64,000 nt of DNA from Pirellulales bacterium (GTDB lineage Bacteria; Planctomycetota; Planctomycetia; Pirellulales; JANQPP01): NCBI GenBank assembly GCA_028289405.1, contig JANQPP010000109.1, positions 5,128 through 69,127 on the forward strand. Reading direction: 5' to 3'. Below the pieces are notes generated by a model that saw only the letters and a list, made by a program, of their open reading frames with translations, was not told the DNA's origin and did not search any database. Below are positions 1 to 11,260 of the stretch, in pieces; positions within the stretch are counted from its first letter, which is position 1, and each line of letters opens with the position of its first letter. The position numbers were made by a program, and so were the translations under genes.

Positions 1-656
1 CGGCGAATGCGGAGGGGAACACCCCGCTCGCGATCTCCGAATGCCACGCCGCTAAACAGGTCGGAAAACCGCAGTTGGTCGTCGTCCTCACCGCGCCCAT
101 CCCCGATACGAACGATGCGGTCTCCCGGTTGCAGCCCTGCTTGCCAGGCAGCGTCCCCGGGCATCACGTTGCCGACAACGCAAACGATGTACTTAACGCC
201 CATGGCGTAGGCCACCATGGCGAAGATACAGGCAAAGATCACGTTCATGATCACGCCGGCCGAGATGATGGCCATGCGCTCGGGCACGCTCTGTGCCATG
301 TAGCTACGGGGATCGAGTTCCGTGGTGGTCGCTTCCGTCGCGGCGGCCGTCGATTCGTCCGCGACCGGCGTGGAGTCTTCCGCGGATTTGCGTGAGCGTT
401 CGGATTCTTCTGCGAATTTGCGGGGATCGTCATCCTGCCCCAGCATCTTGACGTAGCCTCCCAAGGGAAACACGCCAATTCCGTATTCGGTTTCTCCACG
501 TTGGAATTTGAACAGGCTCAGGCCGAAGAAGTCGAAGCCGATGTAAAACTTCTCGCATTTGACTCCACATAAGCGGGCGACGAGGAAGTGGCCCAACTCA
601 TGCACGAAAATGACGAGCCCCAAGCCAAACGCGGCTTTGAGGATGCCCAGCCACAT
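1..656 (-). CDS. rseP: RseP-like M50 site-2 zinc metalloprotease, N-terminal 218 codons (gene runs off the left edge)
   Basis: Absent from the ORF track because there is no stop inside the window. My translation of the minus strand from the ATG at 656 gives [44 protein letters not shown]...[13 protein letters not shown]... There is an HExxH motif in the first hydrophobic helix, and I checked codon by codon that the frame stays open to base 1. It lies 35 bp downstream of dxr, the common dxr-rseP arrangement. Confidence 0.8.
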   Translation of the reverse strand, partial: MWLGILKAAFGLGLVIFVHELGHFLVARLCGVKCEKFYIGFDFFGLSLFKFQRGETEYGIGVFPLGGYVKMLGQDDDPRKFAEESERSRKSAEDSTPVADESTAAATEATTTELDPRSYMAQSVPERMAIISAGVIMNVIFACIFAMVAYAMGVKYIVCVVGNVMPGDAAWQAGLQPGDRIVRIGDGRGEDDDQLRFSDLFSGVAFGDRERGVPLRIR

Positions 657-691
657 CCCGAGGTCCAGATACGAATTTGTCGATTGCGCGA

Positions 692-1855
692 TTAACAGGT
701 TATCCAACGTGTTACCTCCCGGCGTGCCCAGCCGTCGGCCTCCCAGAGCTGTTCCAGCGAGGGATTTGGCTCAAAATGATGGTGGTCCAGAACGCTGCGA
801 CACACCGGTACAATCTCATGGAATGATAACTTCTTGTCTAGAAAAAGGGCCACCGCCGACTCGTTGGCGGCATTCAATATGGCACCGGCGGAGCCTCCCG
901 CCGCAGCCACCTCCCGGCCCAGCCCCAAGGCGGGAAACCGTGCCTCGTCCGGAGCGAAAAACTCGAGCGTACCTTGCTCCGCCAGATCCAGAGGAGCCCC
1001 AGGCCCCGGCATCCGTTCGGGATATGTCAGTGCGTAATGGATCGGTAGCCGCATATCGGGCGGGCTCATCTGCGCCAGCACCGAACCATCATGGAATTCG
1101 ACCAACGAATGCACGATGGATTGCGGGTGAATCACGACGTCGATTTTTTCGGCGGGCATGTCGAACAGCCAGCGGGCTTCGATAATCTCGAGCGCCTTGT
1201 TCATCATCGTCGCGGAATCGATAGTGATTTTGGCCCCCATGTCCCAAGTGGGGTGACACAAAGCGTCTTCCACCGAGACGTGCCGCATTTGTTCGGTTGT
1301 GTACTCTCGAAAGGGCCCGCCGCTAGCCGTGAGAATGATGCGGCGGACTTCATCACTGGAACGACCTGCCCGTAGTGCCTGGAATATGGCACTATGCTCG
1401 CTATCGACGGGAATGATCTGGCAACCCCGTTCTCGCGCCAAACCCATCACCAATGGGCCAGCGGCAACCAGCGACTCTTTGTTCGCGAGGGCGACATCCT
1501 TCCCCGCCTCTAGTGCCCACCACGTACCGGATAGTCCCGCGATGCCGACGATCGCCGCCAGCACGAGGTCAACCTCGGGATGGCCGACCACCTCCCGCAC
1601 ACCATCCATACCGGTTTTCAACTCCGTTCCCGCCGGCAAGCCGCTCCAGTCCTCGCTGGCCGCCTGTTCATCCGTGGCTACAATCCATCGAGGGCGAAAA
1701 CGCCGAGCCTGATCCAGGAGCTTTGAGATATTACGATGCCCGGTTAGCGCGGCCAATTCGTGGGTCTCGCGGAGGCCGGACAGCGCATCCAAAGCATTGC
1801 AGCCGATGCTTCCCGTCGAACCTAAAACGGCAACGCGGACCAACCGTGGATTCAT
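692..1855 (-). CDS. dxr: 1-deoxy-D-xylulose 5-phosphate reductoisomerase
   Basis: 387-aa ORF. N-terminal NADPH motif [16 protein letters not shown], plus LANKESLV and [11 protein letters not shown], all typical Dxr signatures. Confidence 0.95.
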   Translation of the reverse strand: MNPRLVRVAVLGSTGSIGCNALDALSGLRETHELAALTGHRNISKLLDQARRFRPRWIVATDEQAASEDWSGLPAGTELKTGMDGVREVVGHPEVDLVLAAIVGIAGLSGTWWALEAGKDVALANKESLVAAGPLVMGLARERGCQIIPVDSEHSAIFQALRAGRSSDEVRRIILTASGGPFREYTTEQMRHVSVEDALCHPTWDMGAKITIDSATMMNKALEIIEARWLFDMPAEKIDVVIHPQSIVHSLVEFHDGSVLAQMSPPDMRLPIHYALTYPERMPGPGAPLDLAEQGTLEFFAPDEARFPALGLGREVAAAGGSAGAILNAANESAVALFLDKKLSFHEIVPVCRSVLDHHHFEPNPSLEQLWEADGWARREVTRWITC

Positions 1856-2324
1856 AAGACCTTCGACGCTTCGTACAGCCCTGCAAACAGCTTACAGCTT
1901 TAATTTACGCCACGGCCATGCTCCAGGCATGGCGAAACTTGGCCGGCTGGGATTCAAGCCATTTTATCCCAGCTCCGGTACCCCCGATTCACCGCTGCTC
2001 GGTCGAATTAGGCGGTCACACTGCTGATCCCCTCTTTCGGGTTGTTCCGAGGGCAGCACTTAGCACGGAGATACGAATTCTAGAAGTCGCGATGACGAGG
2101 GACAACCCGAACCGAATGGATACCAATAAGTTAAGCGATCCGCGCGAAGTGGATAATTGAATCGCGAGGTCTGGGCTCTTACGATGAACCATAGGGAAAT
2201 TTCTCTGCGGCGGCCGTGGAAAGGAAACGGGCGAAAAAAGATGGCTCGATCGCCCACGCCATGCATCTCCGTGGCCTTCTCAACCGCGTGTCACGGTGAA
2301 CCAACCTTTCGCTGGACATGACTC

Positions 2325-4400
2325 ATGGAAAAAAAGAACGATTCGGCTCGCCGCTCGTCCGATAGAAAACCGGTTTCGCCCAATGCGAATTTGATTTGGT
2401 ACCTGCTCGCCATTGGCATCGTGAGCCTGTTGGTGGTCAGCCTGTTGGCTGGGCGATCGCAGGTCAAAATTCCTTATAGCGATCTTGTCCGACTCATCGA
2501 AAAATCGGACCCGAATGCCGAAGCCGAAGAAGACTTCATCGAAGTGAAAGAGGGTTCCTCGAAATCTTCGGTACAGCGAGTCGTGCGTTACTCTGGCCTG
2601 ACGGATGTGAAAATCGGTCAATACGAATTGACGGGCACGGTAACTCAAGAGGTGGTTAGCCCCGAGGAAGCGAGTTCCTCCGCAAAAACCGTACGTTTCA
2701 CGACCGCCCGCGATCCTTTCGACACGGCTGAAGGGAACCTGCGGCAAACGCTTGAGGCGAATGGCGTCCCCTTCGACAACGCGGCGGGCCCCAGTAGTTG
2801 GCGGGCCTGGCTCCCCGTGTTGGTGCTCAGTGGATTGATTCTCTTCATATTCTTTATGATGCTCCGGCGCCTGGGGGGCGCGGGATCGCCCATGACGTTC
2901 GGCCGTAGCCGGGGGAAAATGTACGCCCAGGAAGATCTAGGGGTCACGTTCGAGGACGTCGCGGGAATCGAAGAGGCCGTCGAGGAATTGAAGGAAGTCG
3001 TCGATTTTTTACGTGCACCGGAAAAATACCAACTGCTGGGCGGCCGGATTCCCAAGGGCGTATTGCTTGTGGGTCCCCCGGGTACTGGAAAGACGCTCCT
3101 TGCCAAGGCGATCGCCGGGGAAGCGGGTGTTCCCTTCTTTGGGCTCTCGGGTTCGGACTTCGTGGAGATGTTCGTTGGCGTGGGCGCGGCCCGCGTGCGC
3201 GATACCTTTCAGCAGGCGACCGCGAAATCCCCTTGCATCATCTTCATCGACGAGTTGGACGCCTTGGGCAAGACACGGGGTAGCAGCGTCGTGGGCGGGC
3301 ACGACGAACGCGAACAGACGCTGAACGCGCTGCTCGTGGAAATGGATGGTTTCGACTCTAACAGCGGGGTCATCGTCCTGGCCGCGTCGAACCGCCCCGA
3401 AACGCTCGATCCCGCGCTCCTACGGCCTGGCCGCTTTGATCGCCATGTGCTGGTCGATCGTCCCGACGTGAAAGGGCGGGAATGCATTCTGCGAGTCCAC
3501 GTCGAAAAAGTGAAGCTCGATGAATCCGTGGAATTGCATGAAGTGGCGGCGATCACTTCCGGCTTTGTCGGAGCGGATCTGGCAAATTTGGTCAACGAAG
3601 CGGCCCTGTTGGCGGCTCGCAAAGGCAAAAAAGCCGTGGGCATGGAAGAATTCAACGAAGGCGTGGAGCGGGTCACCGCAGGGCTGGAGAAAAAGCAGCG
3701 GATCATTCATGAGGACGAAAAGCTTCGCGTGGCGTATCACGAAGCGGGGCACGCCTTGGTCGCGTTTTGTTTGCCGAACACCGATCCCGTGCACAAGGTC
3801 AGCATCATTCCCCGCGGTTTGGCCGCGCTCGGATATACCATGCAGCGGCCCGAAGGGGACCGCTTTTTGATGACGCAAGCGGAGTTGGAAAGCCGGATTC
3901 AGGTCTTGCTCGCGGGCACGCTCACCGAGGAAATCATTTTCACCGATATTTCCACTGGAGCGCAAAACGATTTGGAGCGTTGCAGCGAGTTGGCCCGGAG
4001 CATGGTCATGGATTTCGGCATGAGTGGCCTAGGACGCATTAGCTACCGCAAAGGGAGCGGCAGCGTGTTTCTGGCGAATTCGGACATGCCTCGGGAGCAC
4101 TATTACAGCGAACAAACCGCGCGGGAGATTGACGAAGAAGTGCGGCGCATCGTCGACGAAGCAATCGAAAAGGTTCGCCACATTCTAGAAACGCGACGAT
4201 CTTCTCTGGAAGCTTTGACGAAGCGTTTAATGGAGAAAGAAGTCATCGACTCCGCCGAGCTTCGTGAAATCATCGAAGCTACCGCGCCCGGACCGCTAAT
4301 CGTGCCGGGAACCACCGACACCCGCAAAGCGGCACAAACTCCACCGGCAGGCGGCGCCACGGAATCCGCTCCCCGCGAAAAATCGGGCGGGGAAGGCTGA
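2325..4400 (+). CDS. ftsH: ATP-dependent zinc metalloprotease FtsH
   Basis: 691 aa with an N-terminal TM pair. Walker [19 protein letters not shown], Walker [10 protein letters not shown], second region of homology, and zinc motif HEAGHALV. Confidence 0.95.
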   Translation: MEKKNDSARRSSDRKPVSPNANLIWYLLAIGIVSLLVVSLLAGRSQVKIPYSDLVRLIEKSDPNAEAEEDFIEVKEGSSKSSVQRVVRYSGLTDVKIGQYELTGTVTQEVVSPEEASSSAKTVRFTTARDPFDTAEGNLRQTLEANGVPFDNAAGPSSWRAWLPVLVLSGLILFIFFMMLRRLGGAGSPMTFGRSRGKMYAQEDLGVTFEDVAGIEEAVEELKEVVDFLRAPEKYQLLGGRIPKGVLLVGPPGTGKTLLAKAIAGEAGVPFFGLSGSDFVEMFVGVGAARVRDTFQQATAKSPCIIFIDELDALGKTRGSSVVGGHDEREQTLNALLVEMDGFDSNSGVIVLAASNRPETLDPALLRPGRFDRHVLVDRPDVKGRECILRVHVEKVKLDESVELHEVAAITSGFVGADLANLVNEAALLAARKGKKAVGMEEFNEGVERVTAGLEKKQRIIHEDEKLRVAYHEAGHALVAFCLPNTDPVHKVSIIPRGLAALGYTMQRPEGDRFLMTQAELESRIQVLLAGTLTEEIIFTDISTGAQNDLERCSELARSMVMDFGMSGLGRISYRKGSGSVFLANSDMPREHYYSEQTAREIDEEVRRIVDEAIEKVRHILETRRSSLEALTKRLMEKEVIDSAELREIIEATAPGPLIVPGTTDTRKAAQTPPAGGATESAPREKSGGEG

Positions 4401-4430
4401 ACGAATCGCACCAGCGGTTTCAGGCACGAC

Positions 4431-4805
4431 TCACCAACTCCGCAACGCCGAGCGGACCGTTTGCGTGACTTCGACACGGCTCACCGGCTTGGAGAGCACC
4501 GAAAACGCTTGCAGGTGAAACGCCTGAGCCGAGAGATTTTGATCCGTGTCTCCCGAGATCAGAATGCAAGGCAGTAGCTTGCGGCTTTGCCTCAGGCGGC
4601 GAATTGCTTCCAGCCCATCCAAGCGGGGCATGTGCATGTCGAACAATGCGACATGGATTGTGTGAACCTGAAGAATGTCGAGAGCCTCCAGACCATCAGA
4701 GGCAAGCAACGTCCGGTAGCCTTCCGGTTCCAAAACGCCTTGAAGCGTCTCTCGGAAGCCCGCGTCGTCATCGGTGATGAGTATCGAAGGATTTGTTGGT
4801 AGCAT
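4431..4805 (-). CDS. Single-domain response regulator (CheY-like receiver)
   Basis: ILITDDDAGFRETL ... VALFDMHMPRLDGLEAIRRLR ... ILISG is a canonical receiver. I trimmed the start to the ATG at 4805 (MLPTNPSILITDDD) because the longer track ORF only adds an N-terminal extension not matching the receiver. Confidence 0.8.
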   Translation of the reverse strand: MLPTNPSILITDDDAGFRETLQGVLEPEGYRTLLASDGLEALDILQVHTIHVALFDMHMPRLDGLEAIRRLRQSRKLLPCILISGDTDQNLSAQAFHLQAFSVLSKPVSRVEVTQTVRSALRSW

Positions 4806-5182
4806 CGGGCAGGCCCCACGTTGCGACCTTCGATGTGTCCATGACCCGACAGTTTGCGATGGACAGTATTTGGGTCGCCGCAGACTGCGGAATGCAAATA
4901 CTGTTCCTCCCACTCTCGCGTCAAGGCAAGAATGACCGGCTGGACGAATTATATTCCTTGTATTTATAACATAGCCCCTATTTTATACGAAAGGCTCTGT
5001 ATCCACGTTTGAAATCGCCAAAGATGGTCGCGATGAGGATGCCAAAATGGCAGTGCGTACAAGCCGTTGATCGGATCACGGAATTTGAGGTAGGCTTGAA
5101 ACCAAATTGCTGATCGTAATTTAGACGCTGGTGAGACACGATATGGCACCTCTTCAAACTTCATGAAATAAGCGGATAAGTC

Positions 5183-7090
5183 GTGCAGTTGCTGGAAGGT
5201 AGGAAGCATGGTGATGCTCATTCCTTCGACTTGCTGCGCTGGTATCGTGAGTTCCGAGACCTGTTGAATCGGCGATTTCGCGCGCAGGGGCGCGTGATGG
5301 GAGCCGCTTTCGTCGTGGGGTTGGTGGCGGGTATCGGTGCCGTCCTCTTCTCTGGAGCTTGCCATCTCGTTTCGCACTTCGCACTGGATGCGGTGATTGG
5401 TTACCGGCCTGCAGCCCCAGCCGGAGAAGCCGAATTGCCCTGGCTGCATGCGACGACCCGTGTCTTCGAGCCGTGGTGGTTTTTGGTTATCCCGCCTTTG
5501 GGAGGATTCCTCAGCGGTTGGATGGTCTTCCGATTTGCTCCTGAAGCCGAAGGACATGGGACCGACGCGGCGGTCGCTTCGTACCACTTTCACCGAGGTG
5601 AAATTCGTTCCCGGGTCCCCTTCGTCAAGATGGTCAGCAGCGCCTTGACGATCGGTTCGGGTGGTTCGGGCGGTCGCGAAGGCCCCATCGCGCAGATTGG
5701 GGCAGGATTTGGCTCCTTGCTGGGCAAGGTATTGCATCTGAAGCCGGCGGAGCGGCGCGTGCTCGTGGCCGCGGGCATCGGCGCGGGCGTGGCCGCGATT
5801 TTTCGGGCGCCCTTGGCGGGGGCGCTCTTTTCCGCCGAAGTTCTTTACCGCTCACCGGAGATGGAGCAGGAAGTACTCATTCCGGCGGGAATCTCGAGCG
5901 TGGTGAGCTATTGCACGTTCGGGGTCTTTTTCGGTTGGGCCCCCCTCTTTGCCGCGCCGAGGCTGTCCTTCGGAAATCCTCTGGAACTTGCCACGTACGT
6001 CGTACTCGCGGTAGCGATGTCCATTCTGGCTCTTTTTTATACGCGTACCTTGGCCGGATTTACATCACTTTTCGGTCGATTGCGATTGCCCCGGGTTTTC
6101 AAGCCCGCGATAGGGGCATTTCTCACCGGGGCCTTGGGGCTGGCCATGTTCTATTTGTTCGGAGAAGACCAGCTCGTGTTGAGCGTGCTCTCGTTCGGCT
6201 ATGCCGTCTTGCAACGCGGCATCACGGATCTGGAATCGGTTCCGATTCTCGTCTTGCTGGCGGTCGCGGTGGGAAAAATTTTCACGACCAGTCTCACCAT
6301 CGGCAGCGGCGGTTCCGGTGGTGTGTTTGGCCCTTCGATGGTCATCGGCGGCTGCGCTGGGGGGGCGTTGGGGCTGGCGTTTCACCGCCTCTGGCCTGGT
6401 GTAGTCCAGCATCCGGAAAGCTATCTGATCGTGGGCATGGCCGGCTTTTTCGCCGCGGCGGCCAAAACTCCCTTTTCCACGCTGGCCATCGTCTGCGAAA
6501 TGACCGGAGATTATGGACTGCTCCTGCCCGCTCTGTGGGTATGCACGATCTCCTTTCTGGTCTCCGATCAGATGTCACTTTATGGCTGGCAAGTCGAATC
6601 CCGGTCACGTTCTCCGGCTCATCAGGGGGCCTACGTGCGGGATGTGCTGTCCGGCCTCCGCGTGGCGGATTTCGTGCGTTCCACCTCGGAAATCCCCACC
6701 TTGCGGCCGCATGATTCCTTACCGAAATTCATCGATGAGTACGGAACTTCGGACCATCACGTATTCCCCGTGCTGAGCGACGAGAAACGCCTGTTGGGGG
6801 TGGTGGTGCTCGATGAGATCCATCAATCGTTTGAGGCCCCCTACCTGGCCGCGCTACTCCTGGTCGAGGATGCCATGCGGGCCGAAGTGCAGCCGCTCTA
6901 CCCCAGCATGACGATTGATCGGGCCTTGGAACTGTTCGCCGAACAAGACCTGCCTGCTTTACCCGTGGTAGCGAGCGCGGATTCGCGAGTGGTGATTGGT
7001 ATCGTCCGCCGACGAGAAATCATGTCCGAATACGTGCGGCGTCTGCACGGCCCCAGCGCCGTCGAAAACGTTCCTCTCAGTGTGGCGTGA
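5183..7090 (+). CDS. ClC-family chloride channel/antiporter with C-terminal CBS pair
   Basis: Polytopic protein with GSGGSGGREGP and GSGGSGGVFGPS selectivity-filter-like motifs. The C-terminal ~150 aa look like two CBS repeats (HHVFPVL...LLGVVVLDEI; LPALPVV...VIGIVRRREI). Start is uncertain: GTG at 5183, or GTG/ATG at 5294/5297. Confidence 0.85.
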   Translation: MQLLEGRKHGDAHSFDLLRWYREFRDLLNRRFRAQGRVMGAAFVVGLVAGIGAVLFSGACHLVSHFALDAVIGYRPAAPAGEAELPWLHATTRVFEPWWFLVIPPLGGFLSGWMVFRFAPEAEGHGTDAAVASYHFHRGEIRSRVPFVKMVSSALTIGSGGSGGREGPIAQIGAGFGSLLGKVLHLKPAERRVLVAAGIGAGVAAIFRAPLAGALFSAEVLYRSPEMEQEVLIPAGISSVVSYCTFGVFFGWAPLFAAPRLSFGNPLELATYVVLAVAMSILALFYTRTLAGFTSLFGRLRLPRVFKPAIGAFLTGALGLAMFYLFGEDQLVLSVLSFGYAVLQRGITDLESVPILVLLAVAVGKIFTTSLTIGSGGSGGVFGPSMVIGGCAGGALGLAFHRLWPGVVQHPESYLIVGMAGFFAAAAKTPFSTLAIVCEMTGDYGLLLPALWVCTISFLVSDQMSLYGWQVESRSRSPAHQGAYVRDVLSGLRVADFVRSTSEIPTLRPHDSLPKFIDEYGTSDHHVFPVLSDEKRLLGVVVLDEIHQSFEAPYLAALLLVEDAMRAEVQPLYPSMTIDRALELFAEQDLPALPVVASADSRVVIGIVRRREIMSEYVRRLHGPSAVENVPLSVA

Positions 7091-7121
7091 CCGCACGGGA
7101 GTCGCGTGGAGGACTAGGCTT

Positions 7122-8786
7122 CTATGTCTTCGTCGAGGGAGCAAGCCGCTTGGAGCGCTGGCGATAATACTTCCAGCCAGGCACGAAAAACGCGGTCGCT
7201 GCCACGAGGCCGAACAGGGTGAGGCCAATCTGGATCTCCTGGCTCTGAAGCCAGGCCATGAGCGGCGAGATCAGAAACATGAGCGCGCCGTAGATGTAGA
7301 ACTGGCCGGTCAGCGTGCCCGCCTTGGCGATAAACACGGTCCCGGCAATTAGTGGCAGTACGGGCGAGAGCGTGAGCACGTCCAACCCCAGCAGGTAGTC
7401 CACGACAAAGAGCATCACGCTGGCAATCACGCTGGCTCCCCAGAGATGCGCGATCTGCCGTTCCACGAAGGAGACCGGTCCGGTTCGGCGGCGCAACGCC
7501 CAAAAGATCCGCGCCCAAACGGCGAGACCTCCCCCCCAAAGCGCTAGGTAGGGCCAAGGGGAATTGAGACCTTGCCATTGAAAGACGTTTGTCACAAAGC
7601 ACAGCACCAATAGGGCGATGCTGTGCCAGATCCAAAGCAGTCCCCAGTTCTCCATGATCGGTGCATGGTGCGTGTCGCGCAGCCAAACAGTCCATCTTTG
7701 TTGCAGTAATCCGGAAGCCGACTCGAGTGGCTCGTCATTCAAAAAGGCGGTTAGGTCTCGTCGCATTTTTTCGGCGGATGCGTAGCGTAGGCGGGTCGTC
7801 TTTTGCAGGCAGCAAAGCACGATCGACTCCAGCCTCGGATCCATTTGTCGGTTCAAGAGCCGGGGCGGCAACGGGTCTTGTTCCAGCACCAGCATCACCG
7901 TCTCCAAGGCGGTTGCCGCCTGAAAGGGGGGCCTGCCAGTGAGCATTTGATACAGAATCGCGCCGAGGCTATAGACATCGCTGGTGGGGCCGATTTCCTC
8001 CCGTTTGCCGGCCGCCTGCTCCGGTGAGACATAGCTGGGCGTGCCGAGGATGGCCGCCGTTTGCGTCAAGTTCGAAGAGTCTTCTTCCCATTTGGCCAGC
8101 CCAAAGTCCGTGATGTGGGGCTCCCCTTGCTGGTCGAGCATGATGTTGGATGGTTTCAAATCTCGATGCAGGATTCCTTGTTCATGGGCATGCCGCACGG
8201 CGCTGCAAATCTTCTCCATCCACGTCACGGCTTCCGTGGCCGTTACCGGGCCGCGCGCCAGACGTTGGGCCAGGGTCTCCCCTTCGATATAGCGCATGGT
8301 GAAATAAGGCTGGCCGCCGATTTCACCGACCTCATACACAGGAACAATTTGCGGGTGGTCGAGTTGAGCCACGGCCCGCGCTTCGGCGTGAAAACGGGCC
8401 ACGCCGGCTTCCGTGGCCCATGGAGCCCCCAAAATGAGCTTGAGCGCCACCACGCGCTGCAAACTCCTCTGTCGCGCCTTAAATACAACGCCCATCCCGC
8501 CGCGCCCGATCTCTTCCAGGATTTCGTAGTCACCGAAGGTTGTCGGCAATTGGTGAAAGTCGGGCGGCGGACCGGCATTACCTGCGACCGATGTTGATCC
8601 GACATCGGCTGCCATGGCCTCGGTGAGCAGGACCGTATTCCACAATTCCAATACTTCATCGGCGACCTCCGGATGCTCCTGGGAGATTCTCGACAGATCG
8701 ACCTTCCCTCGTTCGCGAAATTCCTCGGCGAGGCGATCGAGAACCGAAGCAATGTAGTCGTCACTGGACGCCGGAGAGGAGGTCAT
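7122..8786 (-). CDS. Membrane-anchored Ser/Thr protein kinase (Hanks type)
   Basis: Kinase motifs GRGGMGVVFKA, VALK, HRDLKPSNIML, DFGLAK, GTPSYVSPEQ. The C-terminal ~200 aa contain several hydrophobic helices. Confidence 0.9.
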   Translation of the reverse strand: MTSSPASSDDYIASVLDRLAEEFRERGKVDLSRISQEHPEVADEVLELWNTVLLTEAMAADVGSTSVAGNAGPPPDFHQLPTTFGDYEILEEIGRGGMGVVFKARQRSLQRVVALKLILGAPWATEAGVARFHAEARAVAQLDHPQIVPVYEVGEIGGQPYFTMRYIEGETLAQRLARGPVTATEAVTWMEKICSAVRHAHEQGILHRDLKPSNIMLDQQGEPHITDFGLAKWEEDSSNLTQTAAILGTPSYVSPEQAAGKREEIGPTSDVYSLGAILYQMLTGRPPFQAATALETVMLVLEQDPLPPRLLNRQMDPRLESIVLCCLQKTTRLRYASAEKMRRDLTAFLNDEPLESASGLLQQRWTVWLRDTHHAPIMENWGLLWIWHSIALLVLCFVTNVFQWQGLNSPWPYLALWGGGLAVWARIFWALRRRTGPVSFVERQIAHLWGASVIASVMLFVVDYLLGLDVLTLSPVLPLIAGTVFIAKAGTLTGQFYIYGALMFLISPLMAWLQSQEIQIGLTLFGLVAATAFFVPGWKYYRQRSKRLAPSTKT

Positions 8787-9412
8787 TCCCGGTCTTCTTT
8801 TGGAAGGGATCGCCGCAACTGCTGACCAAAACGGCGCAGCGCCCGAAGATGCCGCATACTCGCGGCAGCGGGGGTGATGTCGAGCACGCCGGCTACGTCT
8901 TCGTTGGACATGTGTTCAAAATGCCGTAGCAGAATCAGGTCCCGGTCTTGCGCATCGAGGGTTTCAAGGGCCTCGTGAAAGTTTTTTTGTACCTCGTGCC
9001 AGGTCGCCTCCGCGAAGGGCGTCCTTTCCGGGTCCTCGACCTGACGAGCCGCGCCGCTGTCCGCCGATTGATCTGCCTCGAGCGGTTGTTCCCGATCGAC
9101 ACTGCGGCCCGTGGCCGCGCGGTGACGGCGATGCATGTCGATGATCCGGTCCCGGGCTAATTGACGCAGCCACTGTCCGAAGGGGACTCCAGGGTCCTGC
9201 GCGAAGGCGTCAAGACGTTGATTGGCTTCCAATAGCACATCTTGGACGATATCACTGGCGTCGACGCGTTGCTTGAGTTTAGGGTCGAGCCGCCCCTCGA
9301 CCATGCGGCGGAGCGATTGCCGATGCCGCTCCAGCAGGCGGTTGACGGCCTCCGCATCTCCCGCGCGGGCTTCCCGCAGAAGATCTTGGGTTGGGGAGGG
9401 ATCAGGATGCAT
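8783..9412 (-). CDS. ECF-type sigma-70 factor
   Basis: 209 aa. Region 2 (DIVQDVLLEA) and region 4 (LILLRHFEHMSNEDVAGVLDITPAAASMRHLRALRR). Its stop overlaps the kinase start by 4 nt (ATGA). Confidence 0.9.
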   Translation of the reverse strand: MHPDPSPTQDLLREARAGDAEAVNRLLERHRQSLRRMVEGRLDPKLKQRVDASDIVQDVLLEANQRLDAFAQDPGVPFGQWLRQLARDRIIDMHRRHRAATGRSVDREQPLEADQSADSGAARQVEDPERTPFAEATWHEVQKNFHEALETLDAQDRDLILLRHFEHMSNEDVAGVLDITPAAASMRHLRALRRFGQQLRRSLPKEDRE

Positions 9413-9613
9413 AGCCAGTCCGCCGAGAAGAATCGCGGCATCGGTTCAAGACAATTGCAGGCACGGGCCAAAACATGTGGCGTCGCGTGATTCCCGACGT
9501 TTGATGGCCGAGGCCATCCATCTTGGCGAACACCACACCGTTTCGTTCCCACGCCCTGATTTCCAGTATGATTCAGCGCGCCGGTAGCTGGCAACCCGGC
9601 GGGCGAATTGCCA

Positions 9614-11194
9614 TCACTGGGAAGCGTCGGTGGCGGCGGGATCGGAACTCGCCCACTCGTAAAACTCCGTGATGTCCCGTTTCAATTGGACCAGCGAAGG
9701 TTCGTGGATGTACATCATATGTCCCGCCTCGTAATGGCCGAAGCGAATGTTCTCCCGCAAATGCGGTTCGAGCTGCAGGTGGCTGTATGTGTACTTCGAA
9801 GCGAAGTAGGGGGTGGCCAAATCGTAATAACCGCTCGCGACGAATACCTTCAACGCCGGGTTCACGGTCATCGCTTCGCGCAACGTCTCGCCCGAGTCCA
9901 CGTAGCGATTTTTGAATTTACCGTAATTCCAGGGATGGACCTTCGACGTCAAAATTTCATACGTCTGGTCGGCTTTGAAGTTCAACCTGTTGCGGACGTA
10001 ATGATTGAAGGCAGCGGTGTAGGGGCCGTGAATGACCGCGTTGCTGGGATCGTACTCATATCTCTCACCGGCGGCGTCGCGGTCGATCCCTTGAAAACGG
10101 CTGTCCAAACGCCCGACGGTGCGCCGCTGGTCGCGCAACAGTTCCTTGCCGAACCGCCCCATCGTCACACGCAGATTGCTCGCCTGGACAAACTCTGGCG
10201 AAAGCCCCGTCAAACGCGCCAACTCCTCGGCGACCTTCTGCTGATCGTCGGCGGAAAGGCGGTCCCCTTGGAACAGCGCCCGAGCATAGTCCCCCTCGGC
10301 AAACGCTTCCGCCTCTTCCAAGGCCTTTTGCAAATCTTGCTGCAATTCCTCGTCGAGTTCCCCGTGATACCAGGCCGTGGCGGTGTAGCTGGGTAGAAAG
10401 AGGATGTACGGCAGATCGTTGTTCTCGTTGAACAGGATCGTCTGAAAATCGAGGACGGATGAAACCATCCCGATCCCGTTGAAATACATGCCATGTCGGT
10501 CCTGCAAGTAACCGACCATCCCCGCGGCGCGGGTCGTGCCATAGCTTTCTCCAAGCAGGAATTTCGGAGAGTTCCAGCGGTTACGCGTGGTCACGTATTT
10601 CCAAATAAAGTCGCCAACGGACTCGATATCCTCGCTGTAACCGTGAAACTGCTTGGCGTCCTCTCCTTCCGCCGCGCGGCTGTAACCCGTGCTCACGGGA
10701 TCGATCATGACTAAATCGGTGAGGTCCAGAATAGAATGGCCGTTCGGGATCAGCGGCTTTCCCGGCGGGGGCACGGGCCGGTCACCATTCATGGAAACGC
10801 GGTAAGGTCCCGCGAAGCCCATATGCAACCAGACCGACGAGGAGCCGGGGCCACCGTTGAACACGAACGTCACTGGGCGCCGGCTCGCGTCGTCCACGTG
10901 CTGGCGAGTGTACGACACGAAGAATACGCGAGCCCGATTCTTGCCCGCGTCGTCCGTCAGCGGCAGCCAACCGGCTTGCGCTTCGTAGTGGATCGGACCG
11001 TCCCGGTTACCGTCGATCTCGATATGGTGAGTGGTGACGGCAAGCGAGGACTCAGCTTTCGCCGTCGTTTTTTTGTCTTCCTTGTCCGTCTTCTCGGTAG
11101 CCTGGGCGCCTGAGATGGCTGAACCGAGGATTCCGGCCAGCGCCAGCATGAACCAGTACGAAGTGAAGGGACTCGGAATGAATCGGCTCAACAT
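9614..11194 (-). CDS. Secreted serine carboxypeptidase, peptidase family S10-like
   Basis: FVFNGGPGSSSVWLHMG and LLGESYGTTRA (GESYG nucleophile elbow), with a C-terminal HMMY region. Signal-peptide-like start MLSRFIPSPFTSYWFMLALAGILGSAISGAQA at the ATG at 11194. Confidence 0.8.
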   Translation of the reverse strand: MLSRFIPSPFTSYWFMLALAGILGSAISGAQATEKTDKEDKKTTAKAESSLAVTTHHIEIDGNRDGPIHYEAQAGWLPLTDDAGKNRARVFFVSYTRQHVDDASRRPVTFVFNGGPGSSSVWLHMGFAGPYRVSMNGDRPVPPPGKPLIPNGHSILDLTDLVMIDPVSTGYSRAAEGEDAKQFHGYSEDIESVGDFIWKYVTTRNRWNSPKFLLGESYGTTRAAGMVGYLQDRHGMYFNGIGMVSSVLDFQTILFNENNDLPYILFLPSYTATAWYHGELDEELQQDLQKALEEAEAFAEGDYARALFQGDRLSADDQQKVAEELARLTGLSPEFVQASNLRVTMGRFGKELLRDQRRTVGRLDSRFQGIDRDAAGERYEYDPSNAVIHGPYTAAFNHYVRNRLNFKADQTYEILTSKVHPWNYGKFKNRYVDSGETLREAMTVNPALKVFVASGYYDLATPYFASKYTYSHLQLEPHLRENIRFGHYEAGHMMYIHEPSLVQLKRDITEFYEWASSDPAATDASQ

Positions 11195-11260
11195 GCGGGT
11201 TTCACCTTCTCTTGGGGGCACGTCACGGAACGATTAGGAATGAGCGTCTGCGGAACTATT

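Noticed and set aside
4964-5737. 257-aa minus-strand ORF overlapping the 5-prime part of the ClC channel gene
   Set aside because: Most of it is antisense to the ClC gene's conserved TM region. Only its last ~65 codons (4964-5164) lie in the A/T-rich intergenic spacer, and they carry no recognisable motif or RBS.
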